A stretch of 5,921 nt of DNA from the IMG/VR virus record IMGVR_UViG_2651869750_000011, positions 1-5,921 of that record. One strand, 5' to 3'. Position numbers and translations under genes: made by a program. This document shows positions 5,384-5,921 of the stretch, one piece after another (position 1 is the stretch's first letter; each line of letters opens with the position of its first letter). Below the pieces are notes generated by a model that made no database searches, had not been told where the DNA came from, and saw nothing but the letters and a program-made list of their open reading frames with translations. The DNA comes from a virus (taxonomy: Duplodnaviria > Heunggongvirae > Uroviricota > Caudoviricetes).

Positions 5384-5921
5384 GCGTTTACTCTCAGATT
5401 ATCAATTAAATGAATGGCCGGGGCAGGGAAATAATCCCCTTCGACAATAATGGACTCCGGGGTGTAGGGATAAACCGTCAGGGCATCGCCGTGATAGCAT
5501 CCCGTACCAACGAAAATCTTTCCGTTCACACTCAGGCTGATCGCCAGCCCCGTCAGATGGCGACTTACTGGTTTTGCATCCGCAATAAGGCGCTCAAGTT
5601 CCTGATACATTTCATCGGTGATGCCCTGATCAAGTACTCCGACAACAATGCGAAATGTTCCCGGCTCCTCGTTGAGTTGCCACCACTCCTTTACTTCAAT
5701 CAGGTAGCCGAGAGGCTCCACGGCTCTTCGCAGTGCGCTGATGGTCCCTTTGTGTCGGTGTATCAGCCATGCATCACGAATCACCTGTCGCTTTGTCTCT
5801 TCCGGCCAGTTGCGATCCCAGTGGTCAACGGAAAATGCCCAGGCGAGATAAGGCAGCAGATGCACCGGGCAGGTGTCCGGCGACCACAGCGTGTTGAGGT
5901 CTACCGGGATGTCTGTAATGC
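5380..5921 (-). CDS. Baseplate assembly protein (P2 gpI-like), 5'-partial; N-terminus lies beyond the window end
   Basis: The minus-strand frame stays open from 5865 to the window edge (…ITDIPVDLNTLWSPDTCPVHLLPYLAWAF…), so the listed start at 5865 is a GTG inside a longer ORF. The product resembles the P2 tail protein I family and is placed directly upstream of, and overlapping, the fibre gene, as I and H are in P2. Confidence 0.78.
   Translation of the reverse strand, partial: ITDIPVDLNTLWSPDTCPVHLLPYLAWAFSVDHWDRNWPEETKRQVIRDAWLIHRHKGTISALRRAVEPLGYLIEVKEWWQLNEEPGTFRIVVGVLDQGITDEMYQELERLIADAKPVSRHLTGLAISLSVNGKIFVGTGCYHGDALTVYPYTPESIIVEGDYFPAPAIHLIDNLRVNA

Noticed and set aside
1-5921. CRISPR arrays, tRNA/rRNA genes, IS elements or a toxin-antitoxin/defence cassette
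   Set aside because: No repeat-spacer periodicity, no tRNA-like cloverleaf candidates, and no transposase-like ORFs or terminal inverted repeats. Coding density is fully accounted for by the tail genes and the invertase.

Overview
This window is a phage tail module (prophage or phage-tail-like particle) with enterobacterial-type sequence, containing a complete Gin/Hin/Pin-type invertible tail-fibre switch. On the + strand: the 3' part of a P2 gpT-like tape measure gene (1-1158, continues upstream of the window) and a gpU-like tail gene (1171-1659). These converge, across a shared hairpin terminator (1667-1696), on a minus-strand block: serine DNA invertase (1686-2285), a ~1.9 kb invertible segment (about 2354-4250) bounded by two inverted 26-bp crossover sites (2341-2366 and 4238-4263), a P2 gpH-like tail fibre gene (3893-5383) and a gpI-like baseplate gene (5380 to beyond the window end). 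The segment holds two convergent cassettes, each a fibre C-terminal domain plus its own tail-fibre assembly chaperone. In the orientation shown, the minus-strand cassette (3893-4249 plus tfa 3450-3890) is fused to the constant fibre N-terminus; the plus-strand cassette (2355-2885 plus tfa 2885-3478) is silent and would be fused in frame after inversion. The switch itself is a well-known system type (Mu G, P1 C, e14 P). The unusual points are the gene order (gpU directly abutting the invertase with no gpD, and T-U convergent on the fibre genes) and a P2-type fibre/baseplate backbone carrying the switch. All calls come from reading the sequence and recalled family features; no database search was run.
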